Source: Peribolospora baueri (taxonomy: Eukaryota). From it: a DNA stretch of 64,000 nt. Of the stretch, positions 1 through 9,912 are shown in pieces. Below the pieces are notes generated by a model, which made no database searches, was not told the DNA's origin, and saw only the letters and a program-made list of their open reading frames with translations. Each line of letters starts with the position of its first letter. Within the stretch, counting starts at the first letter, position 1. Position numbers and translations under genes: made by a program. The stretch is taken from contig JAMDHS010000001.1 in assembly GCA_029717555.1 (NCBI GenBank), forward strand, positions 1 through 64,000, read 5' to 3'.

Positions 1-451
1 GAAACGACGACGTTGTCCCGCACATGTTAGTCGCGTACAAATAGAGCTTCGGCTCGTGAACCATAGCTGGCGGGTCACGGCGTCGTGGGCGGAAAGGCCT
101 GCGGCGCTTGCCTGCGTATTGCAATTGGTGTTATGACGTGTACATACTCTATAGTAAAGCTTGGAATTCATGTCTTGATGGACGCTATCGACTGTGGCAA
201 CGACTGCGGCAAATATGCATAGACCGCTCTGGGTAGTCAACCTCCCGCATGCTGCATAGCACTCGGGCTATACAACTCTTATGTTCATAGACAGGGTTGA
301 CTGTACAACACGCCCCTAACACCTAGTCAAAGACTGCAAGGGGGCGATATACCGGATACAAGCGGAGACGACATCACCTCCACGTGACTAGCCAGACGGA
401 TCCTAAGACCATCACGTGCCATGTTCCGCCACAAAAAAAGCCAAAAAGAAA

Positions 452-548
452 CGCTCCGTGATAGGTTCGAACTATCGACCTCCTGATGTCAACCGAGTCC
501 TTCGACTCTATAACAGTCAGACGCGCTAACCAACTGAGCCAACGGAGC
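452..548 (-). tRNA. tRNA-Asn(GTT) with 23-nt intron (488-510)
   Basis: Reverse complement reads GCTCCGT-TG-GCTCAGTTGGTTAGCGCG-TCTGA-CT-GTT-A-[intron]-A-TCAGG-AGGTC-GATAGTTCGAACCTATC-ACGGAGC-G. Acceptor stem, D arm, anticodon stem and T arm are all present, the intron sits after position 37, and T-runs downstream fit a Pol III terminator. Confidence 0.96.
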
Positions 549-951
549 GAACCACATCAATCTCTCGCATTCTTGCCCTCACAACCCACTCAGAACACTC
601 TGACAACTCAGAACACTCAGACATCGGCCAAACTTTTGCAAAGAGCCCGCAATGGCAAGGCTAGGCGCTCAGATGTCAACGAGGGCTTCGATGGCGGAGG
701 TCGAAGCCCTCGTTACATCTGCCTCAAGAAGAAGGCGGAAGGTCTCATGTCAGAGGATGTCAGGGAGGACTTCCCTACTCAGGTCGGATCACGAGCGCGG
801 GACGGAGGACGGAATGGAGGTCCACCGGAAGTCGACGCAAAGCAAGGAGCAGGCAAGTCGGGGACAGGGACGAGGACAGGAACGAGGATGGGGCGGAGGC
901 TGGGACAGAGGTGCTGATGCTGGACGGGGAACTCTGGAGGAAACCTGAGCG

Positions 952-1265
952 GTGACAAAAGTATTCTTCGCTTGGGGAGGAAAGATGCGGACGCCCTGTC
1001 GGGCTCTTTATATACACGTTCATGAACCGGTGCAGCACCGTAGCTCCTATGTTCTAACCTCGCAACGTCATAGCTCCTATGTTCTAACCTTGCAACGCCA
1101 CAGCTCCTATGTTCTAACCTCGCAACGTCACAGCTCCTTTGTCCGAGCCTATGAGCACGAGGTTCTGAGCGGAGGTTTGTGACAGAGGATGGGTTCAAGA
1201 AGGCGGTCTGGGTGGACGTTGCACGGGAGCTCAGAAGGTTAGTGGATGGACCACCGAAGGATGCG
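952..1265 (+). pseudogene. Myb/SANT-like DNA-binding ORF remnant of a PIF/Harbinger element
   Basis: Fragments FAWGGKM...SSFVRAYEHEVLSGGL / TEDGFKKAVWVDVARELRRLVDGPPKDA match the Myb_DNA-bind_3 pattern (W..EM...GFKK.AW..VA.EL...GPPK). The ORF is frameshifted and interrupted by a tandem repeat. Confidence 0.65.
1041..1140. repeat. 30-bp tandem repeat, about 3.3 copies
   Basis: Unit YAGCTCCTATGTTCTAACCTYGCAACGYCA starts at 1041, 1071 and 1101, with a partial copy at 1131. Confidence 0.95.
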
Positions 1266-1633
1266 TTAAAGCAGCCTGTCTTGACCGTGTACAGGAATAT
1301 AGTCAGTCGCTCTTTGGCAGACACATGTCGAGCTGAGGCCAAGGTAGACTGCGTCTGCAGCTCATGAAGCAATGCTTCAAAGACATCCCCAGACATCACA
1401 AAGCTGTCTAGTCTGTTCTTCAAATGCTCCCCTTCAGTCTGCTCTTGCACCCAATCTAACCCTGCCCGTGCGGAGGCATGGTAGGCTTTTTTGGCAAAGT
1501 AGCGGCGTGCGAAGAGCTCAGCGCAAGCTACACTTGCTACAACAACCAGAAGAGCCGCCCGACGACGGCGTCTTCGGTACTGCTCCCAGTGCTCTTCCTT
1601 GCTCTGCCGCACGATAATTGGTGAGGGAACCAT
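1265..1633 (-). mobile_element. PIF/Harbinger transposase N-terminal fragment (truncated, no DDE core)
   Basis: KKAYHASARAGLDWVQE...FVMSGDVFEALLHELQ...ARHVSAKERLTIFLYTVKTG matches the fungal/plant Harbinger transposase N-terminus. It is convergent with the Myb ORF, as in PIF elements. Confidence 0.75.
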
Positions 1634-1995
1634 TATTGTTAGAGGCTGGACAGGAAACGGCGAGATGCAGATGGGTGGATTGGATGTGTGAGGCGACGAT
1701 CGGGGCGAAGGCGAGATGTATGTGATCAACGACTACGTATATAGGCGGACCTAGCAAACATAGGAATTTCATGGGCGCCGTTCGGGAAGACGAAAACGGC
1801 CGATTTCCGTAACACAACTTTTGTATAGAAACGCTGCTCTACAAGAAAGGGGTTTTGGGCGGCTTGCGGTTGCCGAACGCGCCCTTTATTAATTAATTGC
1901 TATACTGTTTCCCTCTGGGAAAATAGCATAGTGCATAAAATATTAAGTTATTAAATATGGAGTTTAGGTGACCGTCGAGCCGGTCCTAGGTTGGG

Positions 1996-2745
1996 CCCCT
2001 CCCTGATAGTATACTAGATCGTAACGATAGGGCGAATTGTAACAAGAGTGCAATAGCGCTTTGGCGTATCGAAATCGCAGGGCGGCGAGGGGGCGTCGCA
2101 GATGGGACCTTGTAGGATATGTGCATGGATAGGAACTACGAGGACGTGAACTCGACTTTACACGGCCCAGTCGCCTAGGCGCGACGCGGCCGAGAGGTGA
2201 GAGCCGAGGCGAGAAGAGGGAAATGGACGGAAAGTGGCCTGTGGGTAAAGAGGACCCACAGGCGGCGACGGAAGCAGGATATATGCGCCGTTTTCGATGT
2301 CACCGACCCTGGGCACGATGTCATCGACACTGGGCACGATGACCACGAGCGATGCTGGTCTGGACGGCGACCGGGAGGTGTTCAGGGGGACGGACGACGC
2401 GTCGGCCACCTGGACCGCTTCGCCTTTTCTTCGACCCGCTCCCTTTCCTTCTCCCCTTTGCATTTTCTTCTACCCACTCCCTTTCCTCCTGCTGCCCCGT
2501 ATCCACTCACCATCAGCCCCCGCTTCCACCACCATCGTCATGCAATCAGCGTCCGCTTCCACCCCCATCACGAACGGTCCGCCTCGAAAGAAGGCCCGGC
2601 TCGCGGACGTCGTCCAGCGTAGCGAGGTCGCGGAAAGCAGCCCGAACGCCATCGGAGACGAAGAAGAACTCGCCGATGGAGAGCACGTCGACGGTAGGCC
2701 TCTCAAAGAGATGGAAATGCTTGACTTTCTGTTCGACGAGTTTCG
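1996..2745 (+). repeat. Repeat family copy 1 (upstream region plus 5' end of the GIY-YIG/UDG-like gene)
   Basis: Shares GTAACAAGAGTGCAATAGCGCT, GGACCCACAGGCGGCGAC, GTTTTCGATGTCACCGAC and GGCCCGGCTCGCGGACGTCGTCCAGCGTAGCGAGG with 6540-7258, and in inverted orientation with 7255-7567. Confidence 0.9.
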
Positions 2746-5700
2746 TTAAAAGACTGAGGCTTGCGGCCGTTGACACAGATGGACTCCAGGCACCCGCCAA
2801 TGGAGTCGAAGTACCCGCCGGACACGAAGAACCGGCCGACAGAGTCGAAGAAGTCGACGCCGAGACCTTGGGAGAAGGCGCCTTCGATGGAGCTGCTGTC
2901 GACCAAACGAGTCGGCCTACGCGTGAGACGGAGATAATCGATTATTTGGTGGACGAGTTTCGCTCCCTGCTCGAGCGTCAGCAGGCTCGAGCGCATGAAG
3001 CAGCGTCGAGGACAGGCGTCGACCGCCTGAAAGCGATTGTGAACGCGGAGCGCGCAAAAGCGACGGAGGAAGCGCTCGGTGATGACGACCCGGTCTGGGA
3101 ACACGTTCGCCCAGTCACCCGACTCCTCGACCACCTCATCGACCGTCCGTTCACCAGTCTAGACGGCTCCCGTGGCGACGAGCGTGCAAGCAGCCGCCGG
3201 GACGCTCGCGCAGCCTACTATATGCGCGAGTTCAAGTTCCAAAATCTAGAGCAGCTCCGGACGACGCTTTGCGCGTACGGTGCGGCCCACCCGGCCGACA
3301 TGCCTTGGGTCTTGGCCATGCTCGTGGCGACGGAAGCGGGCGAAGACATCGGCGACGCCATCTACCAGTGCCACATTCTCCGCGACGAGGTCCTCGCTCA
3401 CCTCTGCGAGCGCATCCTTTCGCTCTTGCTGCAATCGAGCAAGGGCAAACGACGCGACGGTCCCGTCAGCCTTTTTTATGGTATCACCATCAAAGGTGAC
3501 GTCCACAGCCGCGCCGAGCACGACGCCAAAGCCATGATGTCGCGGATCACCAATTTTCAGCAGATCTCGCGCATGAACGTCACGGAGCATACCATCCTGG
3601 AGCTCCCCATCCGAGATCTGGCCCACATAATCCGCACCGACCCCTCGCTCGGACGCGTCGAGAGTGTGCTCATCGACGCCATCGGCCTTGGTCTCAATAG
3701 CGCGCGCGGAGGATGGCGGTACGAGTGGGAGGCCCGAGAGCCGCTCAGCCGTCTTGCACGCCAGGCGATCGACCCGCTGCTCCGGTCGACGCCTCTTCAG
3801 GCAGACCCCTTCCTCGGGGAGACGATCCGCGCGTGCTTTAGGGAGGAGCGCGCGTGTCTCGACCAGCTCCGCCAGGCCACTAGCCTCCCTCTTGGCGAAG
3901 CCATATCCGACTCTGGCTTCGCGTCACAACTGGACGCTGCCGTCCGGATAAGTCGGACTGGGAAGGGTGGACGAGTGCCGTCAGTTTGGCTATTCAAGGA
4001 CAACACTCGCGAGGAGTTCACCGGCAGGATGGACGCACCTTTCTGGTCGGCCCATGGCCCTCGAACCTTTCAAGCGCTTCGCCTTCTCATCTCGTACGTC
4101 GTCAACGAGCCGGTCCTGCGCGCCGCGGTCGACCTCGACGAAGACGCCGTCCGAACCCACCTCGCCCCAGCGTTCGACCTGTGGGGCTTGCTTTTGCCCG
4201 GTCCCCTCCTCTGGCTAGCGGTCATCTTCCTAGGCCGTCTCGTACGCACCCTCCGGCCGCTTGTCGTAGTGTCGTTTTCACACCTGACGGCCTCAGCCGT
4301 CGCCGAAGGTTGGCCGTGGAAGGCCCCGGAAGAAGCGGATCTGGCGGACGACAGCTGGCAGGGCGGTTCCCCGAACCTCAAAAAGGTAGAGGACGCTTGC
4401 GCAGAGATTGGGCTCTATCGTCCTCTGCGCGCCCACAGGAAAGAGGGATGCGTACCTCCATGTCAGCGTGCGACACCCAGGGAATCTCGCATACGACCCG
4501 ATTCTCCGAGACCTCACCTTTTCGGAGATGTTCTTGTGCCTGGTCGTGGCCAAGGCGACGGAGCTCGTTGTCGCCGCCGCCGCCGAGCAGCTCACGGAGC
4601 CTCTTCCGGACGATCGCGTTCTCGACTGGTTGAGAGAACGTCGGGCAGAGGTCGTGGCTCACCTCGAAGCCATCGGGGTGACAGAGGCTCTGGCGAACGC
4701 CAAGGCGGCGCTCGCCGCAAAGAGGCGCGTCGTCAATCGCCTCCGCAGACTCGGCTCGATAGCGAGGATTGGGCTCAAAGGCAACGGGTCCAAGCTGAGC
4801 ATGGAAGGCCTCATGCGGGCGGCGGCGCGAGGTGGAGCGCGAAAGGCCCAACTAAAAGAAATCGTCAAAAACGCCCGCCTGCTGGACGAGTGCGGGCTGG
4901 ACCCAGACCCACGTCGTCTGGTGCCCATGGGCCTCCTCGCGCTGTCGGGCCCGACGGCCATCCACCCGATCTTCACGGCCAAGTTCCAGAAATGGTTCCT
5001 CGCCCTTCGTGATGGGTGTCCATCTCGGCGGTCTCTCGGACGGCGGGTCCGAAGAAGCCAGGGCCAAAGTTGAGTCGAATAGACGGAGACTCAACGACTG
5101 GAACCGGGCCCACCGCGGACCGAGTCACCCGAACGTGGCTCACCGGACCTTGTCGCAATCGACCCGAGTGCGACGCGAGAAAGATGGCCTCCAGATGAGG
5201 GCCCTGGACGCGACCAAAGAACTCGCGGAGGAGGTGTCGAGAGGTGAGCGGCGGCCTTGGCAAGAGGAAGATAACTGGGTGGTGGCGGGGTGGCGAGTGG
5301 CAGTGTGCCCAGACTGCGGGGAGACCATCCTTGCGAGCACTAAAAACTGCCAGCATGCTTGTGAGCGGACGGGCGCCCGCCGGCACGTCACGACGGCCAA
5401 CTTTGCTGCGTCGCTGCGCCGTCTCCTCTTCGCGCACGACGTCCTCCGCTATCCGTCCTTGCGCCCGACCACGGAGAGTCTCCTCGTCGCCGGCCTCGTC
5501 GTGGAGCCAGCGCGGGACGTCCTGCTCAGAGCCGGAGCGCAACTCCCCGAGGGCTTGAACGCACAGGAAGTCACGGGTGACATCGTCGTCACCTCGACGG
5601 CAACCGACGACTGGAAGCTGACGTGTGCGATGGACGTCGCCATCCTGGAAAAGGCCAACCCCATCTCGGCTGGGACAAGCCATCTGCGCGAGTCCTGCTG

Positions 5701-5911
5701 GAGCTCGAAGACGGTCGGCAGGAGGACGGACGGAGTTACTCACGTAATGCAGGGGCGCAGTGGTCCTCTTTATAACTTTACCTGTCCCTTCGGCTGTGGC
5801 CGACTCGTGACGGGTCTCGCGCCAGAAGCCCAAGCCCCAGCACGTCTGCCCAAACCGCGCGGGCAAGCCGACGGACCAGCCGGTCGGAGAGCCAGTCACG
5901 CGCTTCCTTGA
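2540..5911 (+). CDS. Intronless ~1,120-aa uncharacterised protein with GIY-YIG-like, UDG-like and Cys/Zn motifs, interrupted by three +1 frameshifts (consensus error or young pseudogene)
   Basis: ORFs 2297-2749, 2352-5012, 4408-5073 and 5009-5911 step through successive frames at single extra bases (~2747 TT, ~4410 GGG, ~5014 GGG) with no other stops. Motifs are NLS PPRKKAR, FYGIT..R...ESVLID....LNSARGG, LRPLVVVSFS...RHPGNLAYDP, CPDC and CPFGC. Confidence 0.65.
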
Positions 5912-6539
5912 ACTCCCCGCCGACGTTGCCCGACGGATCTGGTGGGCGGAACGGGTGGAGATGCCGGCGCCTGTTCCCGACAGGCATCGCCCTTCGCTCT
6001 GGACGGCGTGACGCTAACTCTCCGAGGGGGAACAAGCGTGTTCGATGGTGGGGTGCGAGAGGTCGCAGCCTTGTGATCGGGAGGATGGCGCGCGTGTATG
6101 ACTCGGGTAGACGTAGACGTTCCCGTGACCGTCGGCATCGGTGTAAAATAGACGTGTAAAGAGCTGCGTGAGGGAAGACATGTTGTAACACTAAAAGGAT
6201 GTCCGGGGAAAGAGGTGGTGGTGGCGGGCACTGGGAACCTAGCCTCGGGGGGTCTTGTACAACCGCGAGGCACGGTCGTACGACGGCGCGGCGGCCTCGC
6301 AGATCGATTGCGACGCGCGCACGTGAGCGTCGGTGTGGAAATACCTGGCTTCCCATAGGAGCAAGGTATCCACACAGCAACCCGTCATCTCTTCAGATTA
6401 GTTGTTTGCTACAGGACAGCAACAACGCCTTGCTTGGAAGCAAGCCAGAGATGGTGGTGGCAGAGGTTTCTTTTCGGGTGTACTGCACTCCTTCCAGCAC
6501 GCGAACCGGTCCAGCACGTCCAGGCCGAGGCTATTGTTG

Positions 6540-7258
6540 TTACGACATGGCGAATCGTAACAATAGTGCAATAGCGCTTCGGCGTATCACGCAGGGCGGC
6601 GAGGACGAAGACAAGGGGGCATCGCAGATGGAGCCTTGTAGGATATGTGCATGAATAGGAAAGACGGCCTGTCGGTAAGGGGGACCCACAGGCGGCGACA
6701 GAAGCACGATGTATGTGCCGTTTTCGATGTCACCGACACTGGCCACGATGACCACGAGTGTTGTGGCATAAATACTCTCATACGTGTTCCGCATTGTTCA
6801 CACCCCCGTGCACGAAGCACGTGATTCACTTGTTTCCTATTATTCCTCTCCATTCTTTCTCGACCCTTGACCCTAACCCCTTGATCCTACTCTCTGGACC
6901 TGATTCCCTGTATATAAGGAGGGCATCCTTCGGGGGAGAAGGGACATCCACTCACCATCACCGCCCGCTTCCACCACCATCTCGGTCATACAATCAGCAC
7001 TCAATTCGCTTCAACCACCATCACGGCCATGCAATCAGCTCCCGCTTCCACCCCCCTCACAGTCATGCCACCTCGAAAAAAAGGCCCGGCTCGCGGACGT
7101 CGTCCAGCGTAGCGAGGACGGGGAAAGCAGCCGAAACGGCGTCGGAGACGAAGAAGAAGTCGCCGATGGAGAGCACGTCGACGGTAGGCCCCTCAAGGAG
7201 ACGGAAATGATCGACTTTCTATTCGACGAGTTTCGTTCGCTTAGGGAACGCCAGTCGA
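6540..7258 (+). repeat. Repeat family copy 2 (direct, 3'-truncated)
   Basis: Colinear with 2020-2745 except for a replaced segment at ~6765-6945 that contains TATATAA (6911). It encodes ...PLKETEMIDFLFDEFRSLRERQ and stops abruptly. Confidence 0.9.
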
Positions 7259-7567
7259 TCAGATAGTCGATCATTTCCTTCTCCTTGAGAAGCCGACCGT
7301 CGACGTGCTCTCGTTCGGCGATGTCTTCTTCTTCTTCTCCGATGCCGTTCCGGCTGCTTTCCCCGACCTCGCTACGCTGGTCGACGTCCGCGAGCTGGGT
7401 TTTTTCTCGAGGTGGCATGTTCGTGATGGGGGTGGAAGCGGACGCTGATTGCCTGACCGTGATGGGGGTGGAAGCGGGCGCTGATAGTGAAGTATACGGG
7501 GCAGCGCTATTGCACTCTTGTTACGATTTGCCATGTCGTTACGGTCTGGTATACTGTCAGGGAGGCC
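7255..7567 (-). repeat. Repeat family copy 3 (inverted, internally deleted, joined tail-to-tail to copy 2)
   Basis: Reverse complement CCTCCCTGACAGTATACCAGACCGTAACGACATGGCAAATCGTAACAAGAGTGCAATAGCGCT matches ~1998-2060. It then jumps to the equivalent of 2491 and encodes MPPREKTQLADVDQRSEVGESS...EMIDYLID. Confidence 0.9.
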
Positions 7568-8124
7568 AGCCGCGACGATCCGCACTTCGAGTTTGCGACT
7601 TGCCCAGTGCAGATGATATCCCTGGGTCGAGGGCAGGGCAGTGTCACGACGATCCCCCATCGCCACCCTTGTACCCCAGGGACATCTTACTCTGCGGGAC
7701 ACATACCCCAGGCGACGTTGCTCTCCATCTCCATCTGACAGCTATCCACCACAGGGACGTCAGACGGCTAACGAATGGCTTTGAATCGACCGAGTTCACG
7801 CGATACAAGGCTACGGCGACACCAGCTCTCGCGTCGCCCTCTCTTTCAAACGAATTCGGTACCCTCCGCGCTCGCAGCGTCGTCTGCTGCGAATGTTCAT
7901 TCGGGGCCCCTCTTGCACCGGAGGCAGACAGGCTGGAAAGAGCAGTTGGGAGGGACAAACAAAGAGAACGTGAGTTATGCGAACAGGGACTTGCTTGTGA
8001 TCTGCGCTCCGTCTGCCAGCTATTCACCGGAGCTCGGTTTGCTCTCCTTTCCAGGTGCGACGTACCCGGCCTCTCCGACATCGCTCACCGCTCGGAAGGA
8101 CTTGCGCTGAGAAGAGACGGATAA
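7560..8124 (+). pseudogene. Degenerate SET-domain (TPR-SET type) gene fragment
   Basis: Across frames, DPHFEFATCPVQ / DIPGSRAGQ-GRGQGSVTT / PRDILLC resembles the SET N-terminus (PHLDHATY.GPV....GRGRGL.TT....GDLLLC). Multiple frameshifts are present. Confidence 0.35.
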
Positions 8125-8425
8125 CCGGAACTAGACATGATCGGGAACCTCACATGGCCGCTCCGCTCGGGAGGGACGGCTCGGGTTCCGTGTCGCTGAC
8201 AGCTGACCGAGAAGCACCGTCCACTGCCTCCTTTTTTTTTTTTACCCCGGGCCGGCCGTGGCGACGTGTGTCAGGCCGGCCGGCATGCTTGCGCGTCCCA
8301 CCAACCGTGGCCTAAAAGGTTGCTGGGCCGTGCCGCTACGATGAGCGAGCGGCGCCCGTCCAAAGGCGGTACGCATCTCGGCCGGCAGGGCCGTCAACTC
8401 ATCTCTCGCGCTTCTGACAGCCACC

Positions 8426-9508
8426 ATGGGCAGTGTCGCCGGCATGTTCAAGCTCTTTCTTCTACCCTTCATCACCCTCCCCGAGCCGCCAACCGGTGCG
8501 TTTGCCAGAAAGACGGTGGTCGTGACCGGCGCCAACACTGGTCTCGGCCTCGAGACGGCGCGCCGCTGGTCCGTGCTCGGCGCCGCCCGCATCATCATGG
8601 GTGTGCGGTCGGTGGCAAGAGGAGAAGCGGCGAGGCGCGACGTCGAATCGACGACCGGAAGGACGGGCATCATCGACGTCTGGCACCTTGACCTCGGCCC
8701 GTTTGACTCGGTCACCGCTTTCGCATGCAAAGTCGAAGCCGAGCTGCCGAGGCTCGACGTGGCCGTCATGAACGCAGGCGTTGCGAGCCGAAAGTGGGCG
8801 CAGACCGGCGACGGATGGGAGACGATGCTCCAGTCAACGGCCTGGCCACCGCGCTGCTCAGCCGTCTCTTGCTCCCCAAGCTCGTCGCCAGGAGAATGTC
8901 CTTTCCCGACGCCGGCACACCGCATCTGACCGTGCTCAGCTCCGATATCCACTGCGACGCGCGGTTTACCGAACGCGGGGCCGATCACGTCCTCGACGCT
9001 TTGAACGACGCCGACCGGTGGGAGGAGAGCAAGGAGGACCGCTACCCGGTGTCTAAACTGTTCTCCTGCTACCTCGCCATCGAGATCGCCGCTCTCACCC
9101 CGTTCGTCGACGCCGCCAAGACGGAGCGGGCGGTCGTCGTCAACTACGTCGCCCCCGGCTTTTGCATGTCTGATCTCTTGACCAGGGAGGAGGCGCCTCT
9201 TGCGTTCAAGGCTCTTCAGTACATGACCGCCCGCACGACGAAAAGGGAAGTCTCACCATCCTCGACGCAGCGAGTCGAGGCGGGGATACCAATGGCCTTT
9301 GGCTCGATCATCAAATGGTTTCAAAGTATGTTTTCCTCCCTGTCCACCGTTCATCACGCCCTGAAACTATCTCCTTTTCGCCCTTTACAGACCCGGCCAT
9401 CTCGTTTCCAGCGAAGAGGGCGTCCGCGTGCGCAAAAAGGTGTGGAAAGAGATGTTGGACGTTCTGGAGAAAGTCGATCCCGAGATTCGACAGCCGATTC
9501 TGTGCTGA
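8426..9508 (+). pseudogene. Short-chain dehydrogenase/reductase (retinol-dehydrogenase-like), two -1 frameshifts
   Basis: Motifs VVTGANTGLG, LDL, MNAG and YPVSK are present. Single-base deletions lie at ~8833 (CAG[G]TC) and ~9241, and there is an intron at ~9326-9390. It could be an intact gene with consensus errors. Confidence 0.8.
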
Positions 9509-9912
9509 GAGGGAGAAGCGGGGGCGAGCCATCCGCCGTGGCGGGGTGCATCGCGGCGACTTAGGCCGAAGTCGTCCTGTGCCATTCCCCATTCGACGTC
9601 GCCGCATTTAGCATGGAGACACCGGGCGGAAGGCGGTTGCCAACGCCGACGTCGAATAAACGTACTACAATTACAGATATCCGTCTCTTGAGACGAGCTC
9701 GGCGAACGAGAGAGAGGCAAGAGTTGGGCAAAATAGCCGACGAGCCAAATACGGATGAAAAGCGAGAGAGCAAACCTATTCCTCCCACGAAGGGAATAGG
9801 GACCGAGGGAATGATGCGCAAATCGGGTAGTGACATGACACAGGTATCGCGAAGGGTCGACGAGAAAAAGAGCACCGGATAGCCCGGCGATAAACCGTCC
9901 CTGTCTCTCCAG

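Noticed and set aside
129..321. Possible solo LTR (TGTTA...TAACA termini, 193 bp) near the tRNA
   Set aside because: The flanks (ATTGG / CCTAG) show no target-site duplication and there is no second copy in the window.
486..948. ORFs 486-917 and 652-948 as standalone genes
   Set aside because: One overlaps the tRNA antisense and neither has a recognisable domain. At most they are degraded transposon sequence.
1041..1140. CRISPR-like ~30-bp repeats
   Set aside because: The units are contiguous with no unique spacers, and the context is eukaryotic. It is a minisatellite.
1996..7567. Canonical Penelope or LTR retroelement, or hammerhead ribozyme in the repeats
   Set aside because: No reverse transcriptase, gag or integrase motifs were seen, and no CTGANGA...GAAA core was found in the repeat arms.
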